In this document: positions 9,488 to 18,740 of the stretch, piece by piece
Position numbering within the stretch: position 1 is the stretch's first letter
Layout of the letters: each line of letters starts with the position of its first letter
NCBI GenBank assembly: GCA_016190895.1
Contig: JACPPR010000030.1
Span: 241 to 64,240, forward strand
Reading direction: 5' to 3'
Length of the DNA: 64,000 nt
DNA from: Chloroflexota bacterium
Lineage (GTDB): Bacteria; Chloroflexota; Dehalococcoidia; Dehalococcoidales; UBA2162
Position numbers and translations under genes: made by a program
The notes under the pieces: model-generated
What the model was told of the DNA's origin: nothing
The model's database searches: none
Seen by the model: the letters and a program-made list of their open reading frames with translations, nothing else

Positions 9488-9919
9488 ATGACCCACCGCT
9501 TTATTGAAGAAGAAGCCACCGCTGATATCGCTTTTGAAGCAACCGGTAAAGACCTCAGGGAAGTTTTCCGCAGTGCGGGAGACGCCGTCATGAACGTTAT
9601 GATTGATAACCTTGACGCTATCCGGCCTCGCGAAAGCAGGGTAATCGAGGCCGATAGTGAGGCGCTCGACCTTCTGCTACTGGATATGCTGCAAAGCCTG
9701 ATTTACTATAAGGATGCCGAGCAGTTGCTGCTGCGCGTGAGACAGATAGAGATTGACAAACTCAACGGAATCTGGCACCTTCGCGCCCTGGGCGAAGGTG
9801 AACGCCTAGACCGGGAGCGGCATCATCAGCGAGCAGATGTGAAGGCCGTCACGTTGCACGATTTCAGACTCGAACAGGTCGATGGTGGCTGGCTAGCCCA
9901 CGTCATCCTGGATATCTAG
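9488..9919 (+). CDS. Archease (RtcB activator)
   Basis: ATG 9488 chosen (MTHRFIEEEATADIAFEATGKDL...); the track ORF begins at GTG 9461. Adjacent to rtcB. Confidence 0.82.
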   Translation: MTHRFIEEEATADIAFEATGKDLREVFRSAGDAVMNVMIDNLDAIRPRESRVIEADSEALDLLLLDMLQSLIYYKDAEQLLLRVRQIEIDKLNGIWHLRALGEGERLDRERHHQRADVKAVTLHDFRLEQVDGGWLAHVILDI

Positions 9920-9974
9920 GTACTAGTACCTAATTGCGAAAGTTCGCGTAAATTAATGCTGGGAGTTTTTATCT

Positions 9975-10004
9975 GGTGGCACAGGCGTCCTCGCCTGTGC
10001 CACC
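9975..10004. repeat. GCACAGGCG-TCCY-CGCCTGTGC hairpin family
   Basis: GGTGGCACAGGCGtcctCGCCTGTGCCACC, after archease. Confidence 0.8.
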
Positions 10005-10050
10005 TCGGTTGATAATTACGCTGACTTATGCAACTAAGTACTTGCGTGGG

Positions 10051-10137
10051 TTTCTAACACTTCGTTAGCAACCCCAACCATACCGACGCAAGTCGGTATC
10101 CAGAGGTGGGGCTTGATTCCGGCTTTCGCCGGAATGG
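10051..10137. repeat. ATACCGAC-hairpin / GATTCCGG-hairpin repeat family
   Basis: TTCGTTAGC..AACCATACCGACgcaaGTCGGTATCCAGAGG...GATTCCGGCtttcGCCGGAATGG. Confidence 0.75.
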
Positions 10138-10176
10138 AACGCAGCAGGCTCATAACGTTATTTCGGATACACCACA

Positions 10177-11325
10177 CTAGTTCGTGCGTCTTCTGGTAAA
10201 CCAGATGAATGCTATTGTTCCCATCAGGCTTGCCACACCGCCGAAATAAAATACCCAGTTGATGTCCAGTAATTGGGCGATGGCGCCCGAGGCGATCGGG
10301 CCGGAAGCCATCCCAATGCTCATCGCCAGAAATAGCATAGACATCATCGAGCCCATGCCGAACCTTCTGCCCTCCTCCACTGTCAAGGCTGAAGAGGCCG
10401 TCGTACAGATTGCCGAACCCAACCCCTGAAAGAGCAGTATCACCAGTAGGGGCCAGAAGCTGCCCGCCAGAGGAATGGCCACCAGAAAGGCAGTGAGCAA
10501 AAGGCTGCCTATCACTGTGAGCGCTCTCCGGCTGAATCTATCGGCGATGAAGCCGATGGGCGGATTAAATAGGGTCACGGCCAGAATGTTCACTGAGAGC
10601 AGTATTCCTATCAGGCTTGTTTTCATGCCAATGGCGCTGGCGAAGATTGGTAGGAAGGTGCCGATACCGCCGAAACCCAGAGCTTGAGCCATCCTGAAGC
10701 TGAAGAGTCCTTTGACCATATTGCTGTCGCTTATCTGTCTCAAAGATATACGAGGCTTTTCGGTCATTTTTCTGGGGCTGACCTTTGGCAGGAAGAAAAA
10801 GGCGATGATGAAGGCTAAAAGGTTAAGACTGCTCATGCTGATGAAAGAAGCGGTCATGCCGAAATGTTCGGATAGGAGCCCGCCGACGAAGGGTCCGAGA
10901 CCGAACCCGCTGAAAAACGTGGCATTACTGTAGCCCATCCACTTCCCCTCTTCGCCCTCCGGAGACAGGTCGCCGACGTATGCTAGGGCAATGGGCGCAA
11001 TCAGCGCTCCGATAGCGCCGTGTACAAAGCGGATGAGAGCTAAAAGGCTGACATCACGCGCCCAGATGTAACTCAATGAAATAATCGAGGCGGCCAGGAA
11101 GCCGGCAGTCAGAAATGCCTTTCTGCCCTTCCTGTCGGACAGTCCGCCGGCAATCGGAACGGCGATACTGTTAGAAATGAATGTTGCTGCGATGACAATG
11201 CCTAACCAGATTCCGGTGGCGCCCATATCCCTGATATAGAGTGGCAGCAGCGGTGAGACTATCCCGTCTCCTAAAGTGGAAGCAAAGACGCTAATCGACA
11301 GGACGAGGAAAATCTTCTTTATCAT
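10177..11325 (-). CDS. MFS transporter
   Basis: About 12 predicted TM segments; MFS motif GGLSDRKGRK between TM2 and TM3. Start is ambiguous: ATG 11325 (MIKKIFLV...) or TTG 11367. Confidence 0.8.
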   Translation of the reverse strand: MIKKIFLVLSISVFASTLGDGIVSPLLPLYIRDMGATGIWLGIVIAATFISNSIAVPIAGGLSDRKGRKAFLTAGFLAASIISLSYIWARDVSLLALIRFVHGAIGALIAPIALAYVGDLSPEGEEGKWMGYSNATFFSGFGLGPFVGGLLSEHFGMTASFISMSSLNLLAFIIAFFFLPKVSPRKMTEKPRISLRQISDSNMVKGLFSFRMAQALGFGGIGTFLPIFASAIGMKTSLIGILLSVNILAVTLFNPPIGFIADRFSRRALTVIGSLLLTAFLVAIPLAGSFWPLLVILLFQGLGSAICTTASSALTVEEGRRFGMGSMMSMLFLAMSIGMASGPIASGAIAQLLDINWVFYFGGVASLMGTIAFIWFTRRRTN

Positions 11326-11378
11326 CGGGTGGTAACGAATTATAACCCTTTGGGCTGGGATGGGCAAACTCGACGATG

Positions 11379-11491
11379 AAATCCCCCTTTTTCAAAGGGG
11401 GATACCTAAAGCGAAAGTGGCCAACGGCAAGGCATCTCCCTTTGTAAAGAGCCTGCCCCGTACTTGATACGGGGGAGATAGAGAGGGATTT
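11379..11491. mobile_element. Family 1 repeat, copy b
   Basis: Shares GGGGGATACCTAAA and GGCATCTCCCTTTGT blocks with copies d and g, and AAAGAGCCTGYCCCGT with copy c. Confidence 0.8.
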
Positions 11492-11507
11492 TCTAACGTC
11501 CCTCCGA

Positions 11508-11536
11508 TTGCACTGCTCGTCCGTGGCTGGTATAAT
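11508..11536 (+). promoter_or_regulatory. Sigma70-like promoter of thrS
   Basis: TTGCAC (11508-13), 17-nt spacer ending in TGG (extended -10), then TATAAT (11531-36). Confidence 0.6.
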
Positions 11537-11561
11537 TGATGCGGTTTTCATAAAGTCAGGC

Positions 11562-11589
11562 AGGGCTTGCCCTGAGCTAGTCGAAGGGG
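11562..11589 (-). repeat. 28-nt GCTCAGGGCAAGCCC-type repeat unit (reverse orientation) in the thrS leader
   Basis: Its reverse complement is 27/28 identical to 33479-33506. The GAAGGGG end doubles as the thrS SD. Confidence 0.8.
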
Positions 11590-11598
11590 TTTTCAGAT

Positions 11599-13362
11599 AT
11601 GGTTAATAGAACAGTTGAAGATGAAAAGCTGGAGACGATGCGCCATTCGGCGTCTCATATTATGGCCGAGGCGGTGCAATCTATCTTTCCCGGCGCCAAA
11701 TTCGCCATCGGTCCGGCTATCGAGAATGGCTTTTATTACGACTTCGATTTGCCTCGCCCGCTGACTCCCGATGACTTGCCTGTCATCGAGGCTAAGATGG
11801 GCGAGATAATCGCTTCGAATACTCCTTTCATCAGAGAGGAGATAACCAGGGAGGAGGCCAGGCAGCTATTCGCAGCTCAGCCCTATAAGCTGGAACTGAT
11901 TAATGAGCTTCCTGAGAACGAGAAGCTAAGCGTTTACCGTCAAGGCTCTTTTCTCGATCTGTGCCGGGGGCCCCACGTCAAGGCCAGCGGAGAGGTAAAA
12001 GCTTTCAAGCTGATTAATATTGCCGGCGCTTACTGGCGGGGTGATGAACACCAGCCCATGCTTCAGCGGATATACGGCGTCGCTTTTGATACTCGGGAAG
12101 CTCTCGAGGAACATCTCGCCCGGCTGGAAGAGGCCAAGAACCGCGACCACCGAAAACTGGGCAGAGAGTTGGAGATATTCATCTTTGATGATGAGGTTGG
12201 GCCCGGTCTGCCGTTGTGGCTACCCAACGGCGGCGCGATGATTGAAGAAATTGAGCGACTGGCAAAGGATGTGGAGTTCGAGCATGGCTATGTGCGCGTC
12301 AAAACTCCTCACCTGGCGAAGGAAGACCTGTTTAAGCACAGCGGGCACCTGCCGTACTACGCTGAAAGTATGTACCCGCCTATGGAGTTGGAAGGGGTGC
12401 GCTATTATATTAAACCAATGAATTGCCCGCTGCACCACAAGATATTTGCCAGCAAAACACGAAGTTACCGCGACCTGCCCCTGCGTATTGCCGAATATGG
12501 TACCTGCTACCGCTACGAAAAATCCGGTGAGCTTCTCGGCCTGCTGCGGGTACGCTCGATGCAGATGAACGACTCCCATATTTACTGCTCGGAAAAGCAG
12601 TTTGACCAGGAGTTCGTTGGCGTCATTTCCCTTTACCTGGAGTACTTTAAGATATTCGGTATCAAGGAATACTATATGCGCTTGAGCACTCATCATCCGA
12701 ACGGCTTGGGCAAGAAGTATGTGAATAACCCGGAGCTGTGGCTGAAGACAGAGGCTATGGTGCGGCAGGCAATGAACAATCACAACGTGCCTTACTACGA
12801 AGTAGCCGATGAGGCCGCATTCTATGGCCCCAAGATCGATGTGCAGATAAAGAGCGCTATCGGGAAAGAGTTCACCCTGGCAACGAACCAGGTGGACTTT
12901 GCCCAGGCGGAACGCTGTGACTTGAAATTTGTTAATGAAAAGGGAGAGGAAGAACGGCCGCTGATTATCCACCGGGCGCCACTCGGCACGCACGAACGCT
13001 TTGTCGGGTTTCTGCTGGAGCATTACGCCGGCGCCTTCCCGGTCTGGCTGGCCCCGGTGCAGGTGACGATAATTCCGGTGGCGGACCGTCATCTGGAATA
13101 TGCCGGCAGACTGGAGTCCGACCTTAGGAGCAGGGATATCCGGGTAAAGATTGATGCCCGGTCGGAAAGGATGAACCCGAAAATCAGGCAGGCGCAGCTC
13201 GAGAAGGTGCCCTATATGGTGGTGATAGGCGATAAAGAGGTGGAAGCGGGTACTGTGTCGGTTCGTCTGCGCAGCGGCGAGCAGTTGCCTCCTCAATCCA
13301 GCGATGCCTTTATTGAAACTGTCAGCCGGATTATCGCCAGCCGGTCGCAAGACCTGAAATAA
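11599..13362 (+). CDS. thrS: Threonine--tRNA ligase (no N-terminal TGS domain)
   Basis: 587 aa. Begins at the editing domain (HSASHIMA); class II core YRYEKSGELLGLLRVRSMQMNDSHIY; anticodon-binding C-terminus. Confidence 0.94.
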   Translation: MVNRTVEDEKLETMRHSASHIMAEAVQSIFPGAKFAIGPAIENGFYYDFDLPRPLTPDDLPVIEAKMGEIIASNTPFIREEITREEARQLFAAQPYKLELINELPENEKLSVYRQGSFLDLCRGPHVKASGEVKAFKLINIAGAYWRGDEHQPMLQRIYGVAFDTREALEEHLARLEEAKNRDHRKLGRELEIFIFDDEVGPGLPLWLPNGGAMIEEIERLAKDVEFEHGYVRVKTPHLAKEDLFKHSGHLPYYAESMYPPMELEGVRYYIKPMNCPLHHKIFASKTRSYRDLPLRIAEYGTCYRYEKSGELLGLLRVRSMQMNDSHIYCSEKQFDQEFVGVISLYLEYFKIFGIKEYYMRLSTHHPNGLGKKYVNNPELWLKTEAMVRQAMNNHNVPYYEVADEAAFYGPKIDVQIKSAIGKEFTLATNQVDFAQAERCDLKFVNEKGEEERPLIIHRAPLGTHERFVGFLLEHYAGAFPVWLAPVQVTIIPVADRHLEYAGRLESDLRSRDIRVKIDARSERMNPKIRQAQLEKVPYMVVIGDKEVEAGTVSVRLRSGEQLPPQSSDAFIETVSRIIASRSQDLK

Positions 13363-13370
13363 TTCAATCT

Positions 13371-13556
13371 TCATTGCGAGGGCACGTTCTTTTCGCTCAG
13401 TGTAAACTCCGCCTCGTGGCAATCTCAAAATCTTAGAGATTGCTTCGCCTTCCGCCTATGGCGGAATGGTCTCGCAATGACAGTGGTGCGTGATTGCCAC
13501 GCCCCGACTCGTTCCGATGCGTCAGAGTGAATAAATCGAGGCTCGCAATGACAGTG
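13371..13556. repeat. ATTGCGAG/CGAAGCAAT repeat family (composite)
   Basis: Lies in the thrS-infC spacer. Contains the reverse-orientation unit AGATTGCTTCGCC..GGTCTCGCAATGAC. Confidence 0.75.
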
Positions 13557-13647
13557 GAAGTGAATTTGATTACTTTCAGCAGATATGATATAGTTTTTTC
13601 ACGAAACATTACGAAACACACCGGTATTCGGGGAGGTAATTTAAGAG

Positions 13648-14238
13648 ATAGTTAGGAAGCAACGCGTTAACACGGAAATCAGGGCCAGGGAAGTTCGCCT
13701 GGTGGGGGAAAAAGGGGAGCAGCTTGGAGTCATGCCTCTGTATCAGGCTCGGGAGATAGCGAGGGCTCAGGGACTTGACCTGGTTGAGGTGGCAGCTACG
13801 GCGGTGCCGCCGGTGTGCCGTCTGCTTGACTACGGGAAATACAAGTATGAGCAGGCCAAGAAAGAACGCGAGGCCAGAAAAAGCCAGAAAATCATCGAGG
13901 TAAGAGAAGTCAGGATACGCCCCAAAATCGGCGACCATGATTTTGAGGCAAAGGCCAGATTGGGCAAGAAGTTACTCGAGGGCGGAGATAAGCTGAAAGT
14001 AACTGTAATGTTCCGGGGGCGCGAGATTTCCCATCCCGATATTGCCCGTAAACTCCTGCAAAGGATGGCCGAACAGTTGAAAGAGGTTTCTACCATCGAG
14101 AGAAACCCGGTTTTCGAGGGCAACAGAATGCACATCATCCTGGCTCCGGTAGCCGCTCCCAAAGCCGCCACACCGAAAGCGGCAAGTAAGGAAAAGGAAA
14201 GCCCTGAAAAAGAAAAAGAAGAGGTAAAAAAGACTTAG
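13648..14238 (+). CDS. infC: Translation initiation factor IF-3, probable non-AUG start
   Basis: The conserved N-terminus RVNTEIRAREVRLVGEKGEQLG lies upstream of the first ATG/GTG (track start GTG 13702). An in-frame stop at 13642-44 leaves ATA 13648 (SD GGGAGG 13631-36) or ATC 13678 as the start. Confidence 0.85.
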   Translation: MVRKQRVNTEIRAREVRLVGEKGEQLGVMPLYQAREIARAQGLDLVEVAATAVPPVCRLLDYGKYKYEQAKKEREARKSQKIIEVREVRIRPKIGDHDFEAKARLGKKLLEGGDKLKVTVMFRGREISHPDIARKLLQRMAEQLKEVSTIERNPVFEGNRMHIILAPVAAPKAATPKAASKEKESPEKEKEEVKKT

Positions 14239-14439
14239 ATGCCAAAGATTAAAACTCACAAGGGGGCGCAAGCCCGTTTCCATATTACAGGCACCGGCAA
14301 ACTGATGCGGATTAAAGGCCCGAAGAGCCACCTGCGCAGTCATAAAGCCAAGCGGGTTAAGGGTCTTTTCGATAGCAAGATTCCGGTAAGCGCCGTCGAT
14401 AGGGCGCGCCTTAAGAGACTCTTACCCTACGGTGTATAA
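14239..14439 (+). CDS. rpmI: 50S ribosomal protein L35
   Basis: MPKIKTHKGAQARFHITGTGK... Confidence 0.95.
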   Translation: MPKIKTHKGAQARFHITGTGKLMRIKGPKSHLRSHKAKRVKGLFDSKIPVSAVDRARLKRLLPYGV

Positions 14440-14482
14440 TAACGCGGGTTTTATCCCGTGCAGATAGAAAAAGGAGATTACC

Positions 14483-14842
14483 TTGCCAAGAGTAAAAAGG
14501 GGCGTTACAGCCCGTCACCGACATGCGAAGATACTGGAGCTAACCAAGGGCCACCGGGCGACCAAACATAGCCTGTATCGCCGCGCCCATGAATCGATGC
14601 TTAAGTCATTGAGCTATGCCTTCGCTCATCGCCGCGAGCGCAAGGGCGATATGAGGCGTCTCTGGATAACCCGGGTCAATGCCGCCAGCCGGGCTAACGG
14701 ACTTACCTACGGTCAATTCATCGAAGGTCTGAAGAAGTCAGGCATCGAGGTTAACCGCAAGATGTTGGCCGATATGGCCGTCAGGGAACCTGCAGCCTTC
14801 GCCAGCCTGGTTACTACGGCTAAAGCTAAAGTAGAGGCATAA
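14483..14842 (+). CDS. rplT: 50S ribosomal protein L20
   Basis: [18 protein letters not shown]...; TTG start after SD AAGGAG. Confidence 0.95.
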   Translation: MPRVKRGVTARHRHAKILELTKGHRATKHSLYRRAHESMLKSLSYAFAHRRERKGDMRRLWITRVNAASRANGLTYGQFIEGLKKSGIEVNRKMLADMAVREPAAFASLVTTAKAKVEA

Positions 14843-14901
14843 TGCTGAATATGAAAGTCTCCCTCCGATTTAAGACGAACTTCATGTTTACGGAGCGCTG
14901 A
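14842..14901 (+). CDS. Candidate pheM-like Phe leader peptide
   Basis: Read manually. The ATG overlaps the rplT stop (TAATG); SD-like AGAGG at 14833-37. Product is 19 aa, [19 protein letters not shown], with 3 Phe in 7 codons. It occupies the same position as E. coli pheM. Confidence 0.45.
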   Translation: MLNMKVSLRFKTNFMFTER

Positions 14902-14972
14902 GGCGCTTGGGGGAGGCTTTGACACGGTAAATTAGCTCTTTAAGACTGAATATCCGAAAAAATAATTGCCAG

Positions 14973-14997
14973 AACCCTCCCAACGGAGGGTTTTTTG
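14973..14997 (+). terminator. Intrinsic terminator 25 nt upstream of the pheS ATG
   Basis: AACCCTCC-caac-GGAGGGTT followed by a T-run. Confidence 0.7.
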
Positions 14998-15021
14998 GTA
15001 ATAGAGGCGAAAGGTAAATAG

Positions 15022-16149
15022 ATGTCAGAACAACCGGAACAACTGAAAATAAAGGCGCTGCAAGAACTCGAGGGCGTTACCAGTGCGGATAAACTGGAAC
15101 AATGGCGGGTGCGCTATCTGGGCAGGAAGGGGGAACTGACCCTGATTCTGCGCAGCCTGGCCGAATTGCCTCCCGATGAGAGGAAAACGCTGGGGGCGCG
15201 CGCCAACCAGACCAAGGTCAGTTTGGAAGAGGCGTTGAAACAGAAAGAGCAGGTTATCAAGGAGGCGCAGCTAGTTGCCGCCAAAAAAGGCGGCATAGAT
15301 ATCACCCTGCCCGGCCGCCCTCTCCCGGCCGGCCGCCTGCACCCGATTACTCAAACCCTGCATGAAATTTGCGATATTTTTTCGGCGATGGGCTTTCAGG
15401 TGGTGGAGGGGCCTGAGGCTGAGTGGGACTATTACAACTTCGAGGCGTTGAACATACCTCCGGAACACCCGGCGCGGGACACGCAATCGACATTCTGGAT
15501 TGCTCACGGTACAGGCAACAGGGAAAAGAGCGCTTCAGTCAACACTGGCACAATCGGGGCTGTCTCTCCTTCGGTCAGGTACGAGATGGAGGGTGGGGAA
15601 AAGCCGATGCTGCTGCGCACCCAGACCACTTCGGTCACCGCCCGCACAATTGCCGAGGTCGGCGAAGGGAAGAGGCAATTGCCCATAATGGTGGTCGAGC
15701 CGGGCAAGGTCTACCGCTATGAAGCTACTGATGCCACTCACGGCTGGATGTTATACCAGATTGACGGATTGGTGGTGGACAAGCATATCACGATGGCCGA
15801 CCTGAAGGGCGCTCTCTATGAGTTCGTCCACCGCTATTTCGGGGCTGATAGGAAGGTGCGCTTCCGCGCTGACTACTTCCCCTTCGTCGAGCCGGGCGTT
15901 GAGGTCGCCATTGAATGCGCTATCTGCCGAGGTGATGGCTGCCGGCTTTGCGGCGATAGCGGCTGGATTGAAATTGCGGGTGCTGGTATGACTCATCCTG
16001 ATGTTCTGAGACGGGGAGGTATTGACCCGGATGTTTACACCAGCTTTGCCTTTGGTATGGGTGCCGACCGTACAGTGATGCTGCGTTATGGCGTCGATGA
16101 CATCCGTTTATTCTACGGCAGCGATTTAAGATTTTTGAGGCAATTCTGA
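15022..16149 (+). CDS. pheS: Phenylalanine--tRNA ligase alpha subunit
   Basis: 375 aa with [25 protein letters not shown] and [16 protein letters not shown]. Confidence 0.95.
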   Translation: MSEQPEQLKIKALQELEGVTSADKLEQWRVRYLGRKGELTLILRSLAELPPDERKTLGARANQTKVSLEEALKQKEQVIKEAQLVAAKKGGIDITLPGRPLPAGRLHPITQTLHEICDIFSAMGFQVVEGPEAEWDYYNFEALNIPPEHPARDTQSTFWIAHGTGNREKSASVNTGTIGAVSPSVRYEMEGGEKPMLLRTQTTSVTARTIAEVGEGKRQLPIMVVEPGKVYRYEATDATHGWMLYQIDGLVVDKHITMADLKGALYEFVHRYFGADRKVRFRADYFPFVEPGVEVAIECAICRGDGCRLCGDSGWIEIAGAGMTHPDVLRRGGIDPDVYTSFAFGMGADRTVMLRYGVDDIRLFYGSDLRFLRQF

Positions 16150-16168
16150 GAGGACGCTGAAGGGCGCC

Positions 16169-16299
16169 GGTCTCCCCTTTGAAAAAGAGCCTGTCCCGTG
16201 CTCGACACGGGACTAAGGGGGATTTAAGGTCCCAAAATCCCTCTCTTTCTCCCTTTTCCAAAGGGAGATGCCTTATTAGGGGAAGGGTCAGGAGGGATA
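16169..16299. mobile_element. Family 1 repeat, copy c (two abutting partial units)
   Basis: Lies in the pheS-pheT spacer. Confidence 0.7.
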
Positions 16300-16332
16300 G
16301 GTTACAAGTAATTTTAGTAAGTGGTGGGATAA

Positions 16333-18732
16333 ATGAAAATCTCGTTGAAATGGCTAAAAGAATATGTGGATATCGCTCTGCCGGCTGAAGAGCTGGCTCA
16401 TAAGCTGACTATGGCCGGCTTTGAGGTCGAGGGGATGCGGGTCATCGGCGGCGGCTGGGACAACGTCGTTATCGGCAAAATACTGGCGATAAATCCTCAC
16501 CCCAACGCCGACCGCCTTACCCTGCCCACCATAGATTTAGGCACCGAGCAGGTGACCGTGGTCTGCGGGGCGCCTAACCTGAAGGTGGGTGTTAAGGTTT
16601 CCTATGCCCGAGTCGGCGCCCAACTGATAGATGCCCATACCGGCCAGGTAGCCACGCTGAAGGCGGCCAAGATTCGCGGCATCGCCTCTAACGGCATGCT
16701 CTGCTCAGAAAGGGAGCTGGGAATTTCGGATAGCCACACAGGCATCCTGACTTTGCCGGATGACGCTCCTCTTGGCATGCCTCTGGCTGATTACATGGGG
16801 GATGTCATACTGGATGTCACTATCACGCCCAACCGGCCTGATTGCCCCTCCGTCATCGGTATTGCCAGGGAGGTCGCCGCGCTCACCGGCCAAAGCCTGC
16901 ACATCCCTGAAATTAGCTACCAGGAAGCCGGTCCTTCCATAGAAGGGCAGGTAGGCTTGGCAATTAGAGCGCCCGACCTCTGTCCCAGATACTGCGCGAG
17001 CTTGGTCACCGGAGTCAAGCTCGCTGAATCTCCGGTCTGGATGCAGCATCGCCTGCAGGATTGCGGAATGCGCCCGATAAACAACATCGTTGACATCACC
17101 AACTACGTTATGCTGGAATACGGTCAGCCCTTGCACTCCTTCGATTTTGAAAGAATCCGGGGCAAAAAGATTATTGTCCGCCGGGCAAACCACGGCGAAG
17201 TCCTGATAACGCTGGATGGGGTGGAGCGGAAGCTCTCCCCGGATATGCTGGTCATTGCCGATGAAGACCGCGCCGTGGCGGTGGCGGGAGTGATGGGCGG
17301 GGCTAATACGGAAGTGACCGGGAGCACCACCACTATCCTGCTGGAAGCGGCCAGCTTTAATCCGGCCAGTATCCACTATACCGGACGGACGTTGGGTCTG
17401 CCCAGCGAAGCCTGTACGCGCTTCGAGAGGGGCATCAGCGCCGGCATGACGATGCCCGCCCTGAAACGGGCTACCCAATTGCTTGTCGAGCTGTGTGGTG
17501 GGGTGGCGGCTAGAGGCATCGAAGAAGCCTACCCCGGCAAGACGGAGCGGGCGCCGCTTTCGTTATCGGCCGGGGATGTCAACCGGATTCTCGGCTCTGA
17601 TTTTAGCCTTGAGCAGATAAACAACGCCCTGACCTCGCTTGGATTCGAGTGTAAACGAATAGATTCGTCTCTTCTGGTTGCGACACCATACTGGCGCAGC
17701 GATATCCGCCTGACTGTCGACCTTATCGAGGAGGTCGCCCGTGTTATCGGCTACGACCAAATCCCGATGACCATGCCAGTCCAACCCCTGAACAAGCCCG
17801 CCCCGACTCCCATCATCGGCCTGAAGCGCAATGTGAGCCAGATTCTGACAGGGCTCGGCTTCCAGGAGATAATCACCTACTCTCTGACCAGTCTGGAAAC
17901 GATGAATAATTTGTCAGCCGCTGCTCAGCCTGCTGAGCCGTCGCTGCTGCGCCTGGCTAATCCGATGACCTCCGAGCAGGAGTATCTCCGGCCCAGCCTG
18001 AGAGCTAGTTTGCTGGCTGCTGTCGCCGCCAATCGAAGGCACGAGGATAGCGGCATCTGGCTTTTTGAGTTGGGCAAGGTTTACCTGCCCCGAAACAATA
18101 ATTTGCCCGATGAGAGAGAAACGCTCTGTGCTATTATGAGCGGGCCGGCTGTTGAGAAATCCTGGCACGGCGAGGGCCGGGCCCCTGATTTCTTCGAGGC
18201 GAAGGGGGTAGTGGAGAGCTTACTCTGCCGGTTGGGTATCACCGCAAGTTACGAACCGGCCTCAGATGAGAGCCTCAACTCAGCCGAGCAGGCGGCTATA
18301 GTTATGGATGGCGCCAGGGTCGGCGTTCTGGGCAAGTTGCATCCTGATGTTCTGGAGCGGTTTGAAATTACCGAGTCTGCCTATCTCTTTGAAATCGACC
18401 TGCCCGCTCTGCTCCGGTTCGTCGTCGGAGATAAATTGTACCGGCAGATTCCCCGCTTCCCCGCCGTGGTCAGGGACGTGGCGCTGGTAATCGATGCTGA
18501 TGTAGCCCACCAGAGACTAGTAGATATCATCAAGAGCTTCCCCCTGGTTGAGAAGGTCGTCCTTTTCGATGTCTATTCGGGCGGGCAGGTGCCCCAGGGC
18601 AAGAAGTCCCTCGCCTACCGCATTACCTTCCAGTCGCGTGAGCACACCCTGACCGATAGTGAGGTGAATACTGTCCAGCAGCAAATCCTGGAGAGGCTGG
18701 GTGGGGAGTTAGGGGCGGGGTTGAGGGGCTGA
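16333..18732 (+). CDS. pheT: Phenylalanine--tRNA ligase beta subunit
   Basis: 799 aa. N-terminal MKISLKWLKEYV tRNA-binding domain; B3/4, B5 and C-terminal FDX-ACB-like region. Confidence 0.95.
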   Translation: MKISLKWLKEYVDIALPAEELAHKLTMAGFEVEGMRVIGGGWDNVVIGKILAINPHPNADRLTLPTIDLGTEQVTVVCGAPNLKVGVKVSYARVGAQLIDAHTGQVATLKAAKIRGIASNGMLCSERELGISDSHTGILTLPDDAPLGMPLADYMGDVILDVTITPNRPDCPSVIGIAREVAALTGQSLHIPEISYQEAGPSIEGQVGLAIRAPDLCPRYCASLVTGVKLAESPVWMQHRLQDCGMRPINNIVDITNYVMLEYGQPLHSFDFERIRGKKIIVRRANHGEVLITLDGVERKLSPDMLVIADEDRAVAVAGVMGGANTEVTGSTTTILLEAASFNPASIHYTGRTLGLPSEACTRFERGISAGMTMPALKRATQLLVELCGGVAARGIEEAYPGKTERAPLSLSAGDVNRILGSDFSLEQINNALTSLGFECKRIDSSLLVATPYWRSDIRLTVDLIEEVARVIGYDQIPMTMPVQPLNKPAPTPIIGLKRNVSQILTGLGFQEIITYSLTSLETMNNLSAAAQPAEPSLLRLANPMTSEQEYLRPSLRASLLAAVAANRRHEDSGIWLFELGKVYLPRNNNLPDERETLCAIMSGPAVEKSWHGEGRAPDFFEAKGVVESLLCRLGITASYEPASDESLNSAEQAAIVMDGARVGVLGKLHPDVLERFEITESAYLFEIDLPALLRFVVGDKLYRQIPRFPAVVRDVALVIDADVAHQRLVDIIKSFPLVEKVVLFDVYSGGQVPQGKKSLAYRITFQSREHTLTDSEVNTVQQQILERLGGELGAGLRG

Positions 18733-18740
18733 TAGTAGTG

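Noticed and set aside
12220-13428. 402-aa minus-strand ORF
   Set aside because: It is fully antisense to thrS and has R/H/Q-rich low-complexity composition typical of shadow frames. The same reasoning applies to 19590-20612 (antisense to proS), 33506-34276, 34440-35192, 35893-36516, 37289-38017, 51046-51783, 53425-54414, 57974-58687, and the many shorter antisense or overlapping track ORFs.
13590-13618. ACGAAACA direct repeat (10-bp period) upstream of infC as another GAAAC-box site
   Set aside because: Only two units are present, the period is 10 nt rather than 11 nt, there are no GTAAC partner boxes, and the downstream gene is unrelated to nitrogen metabolism.
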